A stretch of DNA of 12,918 nt, taken from contig JBLFWS010000098.1 of assembly GCA_047611865.1 (NCBI GenBank), positions 1-12,918 of the forward strand. Direction: 5' to 3'. This DNA is from Chlamydiales bacterium. GTDB taxonomy: Bacteria; Chlamydiota; Chlamydiia; Chlamydiales; JBDQID01. Positions 12,872 to 12,918 of this stretch are shown piece by piece (the stretch's first letter is position 1; every line of letters starts with the position of its first letter). The position numbers were made by a program, and so were the translations under genes. The notes under the pieces were generated by a model. It was given only the letters and a program-made list of their open reading frames with translations, did not search any database and had not been told where the DNA came from.

Positions 12872-12918
12872 ATTAAATCCAAATAAATATAAATTTAATC
12901 TTCTTCTTCTGCTGTTCA

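Overview
A mostly core-genome window, most likely from an environmental Chlamydiota bacterium. This taxonomy is inferred from the chlamydia-like gene order tolQ-tolR-tolA-tolB-pal-LysM lipoprotein and the long N-terminus of Pal. The + strand carries a complete Tol-Pal cluster (389-4948), a coiled-coil/LysM lipoprotein in the slot that cpoB occupies in proteobacteria, an 860-aa signal-peptide protein made of about 30 MORN2/YwqK-type repeats that overlaps glutamate racemase murI by 4 nt, then metK and a zinc-ribbon membrane protein. A small exported, C-terminally anchored Cys-Cys protein lies on the - strand. The intergenic spacers hold several unrelated long inverted repeats and probable IS-end remnants: a 9-mer-periodic CACAGAG/CTCTGTG palindrome, an IS903-like terminal repeat, an 18-bp perfect hairpin between tolQ and tolR, a TATACCGAAA...TTTCGGTATA MITE-like element, an IS200/IS605-like hairpin flanked by twin GCCAC-TACC-GTGGC hairpins, and a TG-initiated triple repeat resembling an IS21-type end at the right edge. 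No tRNA, rRNA or CRISPR array is evident. All calls come from reading motifs by eye; no database search was run.
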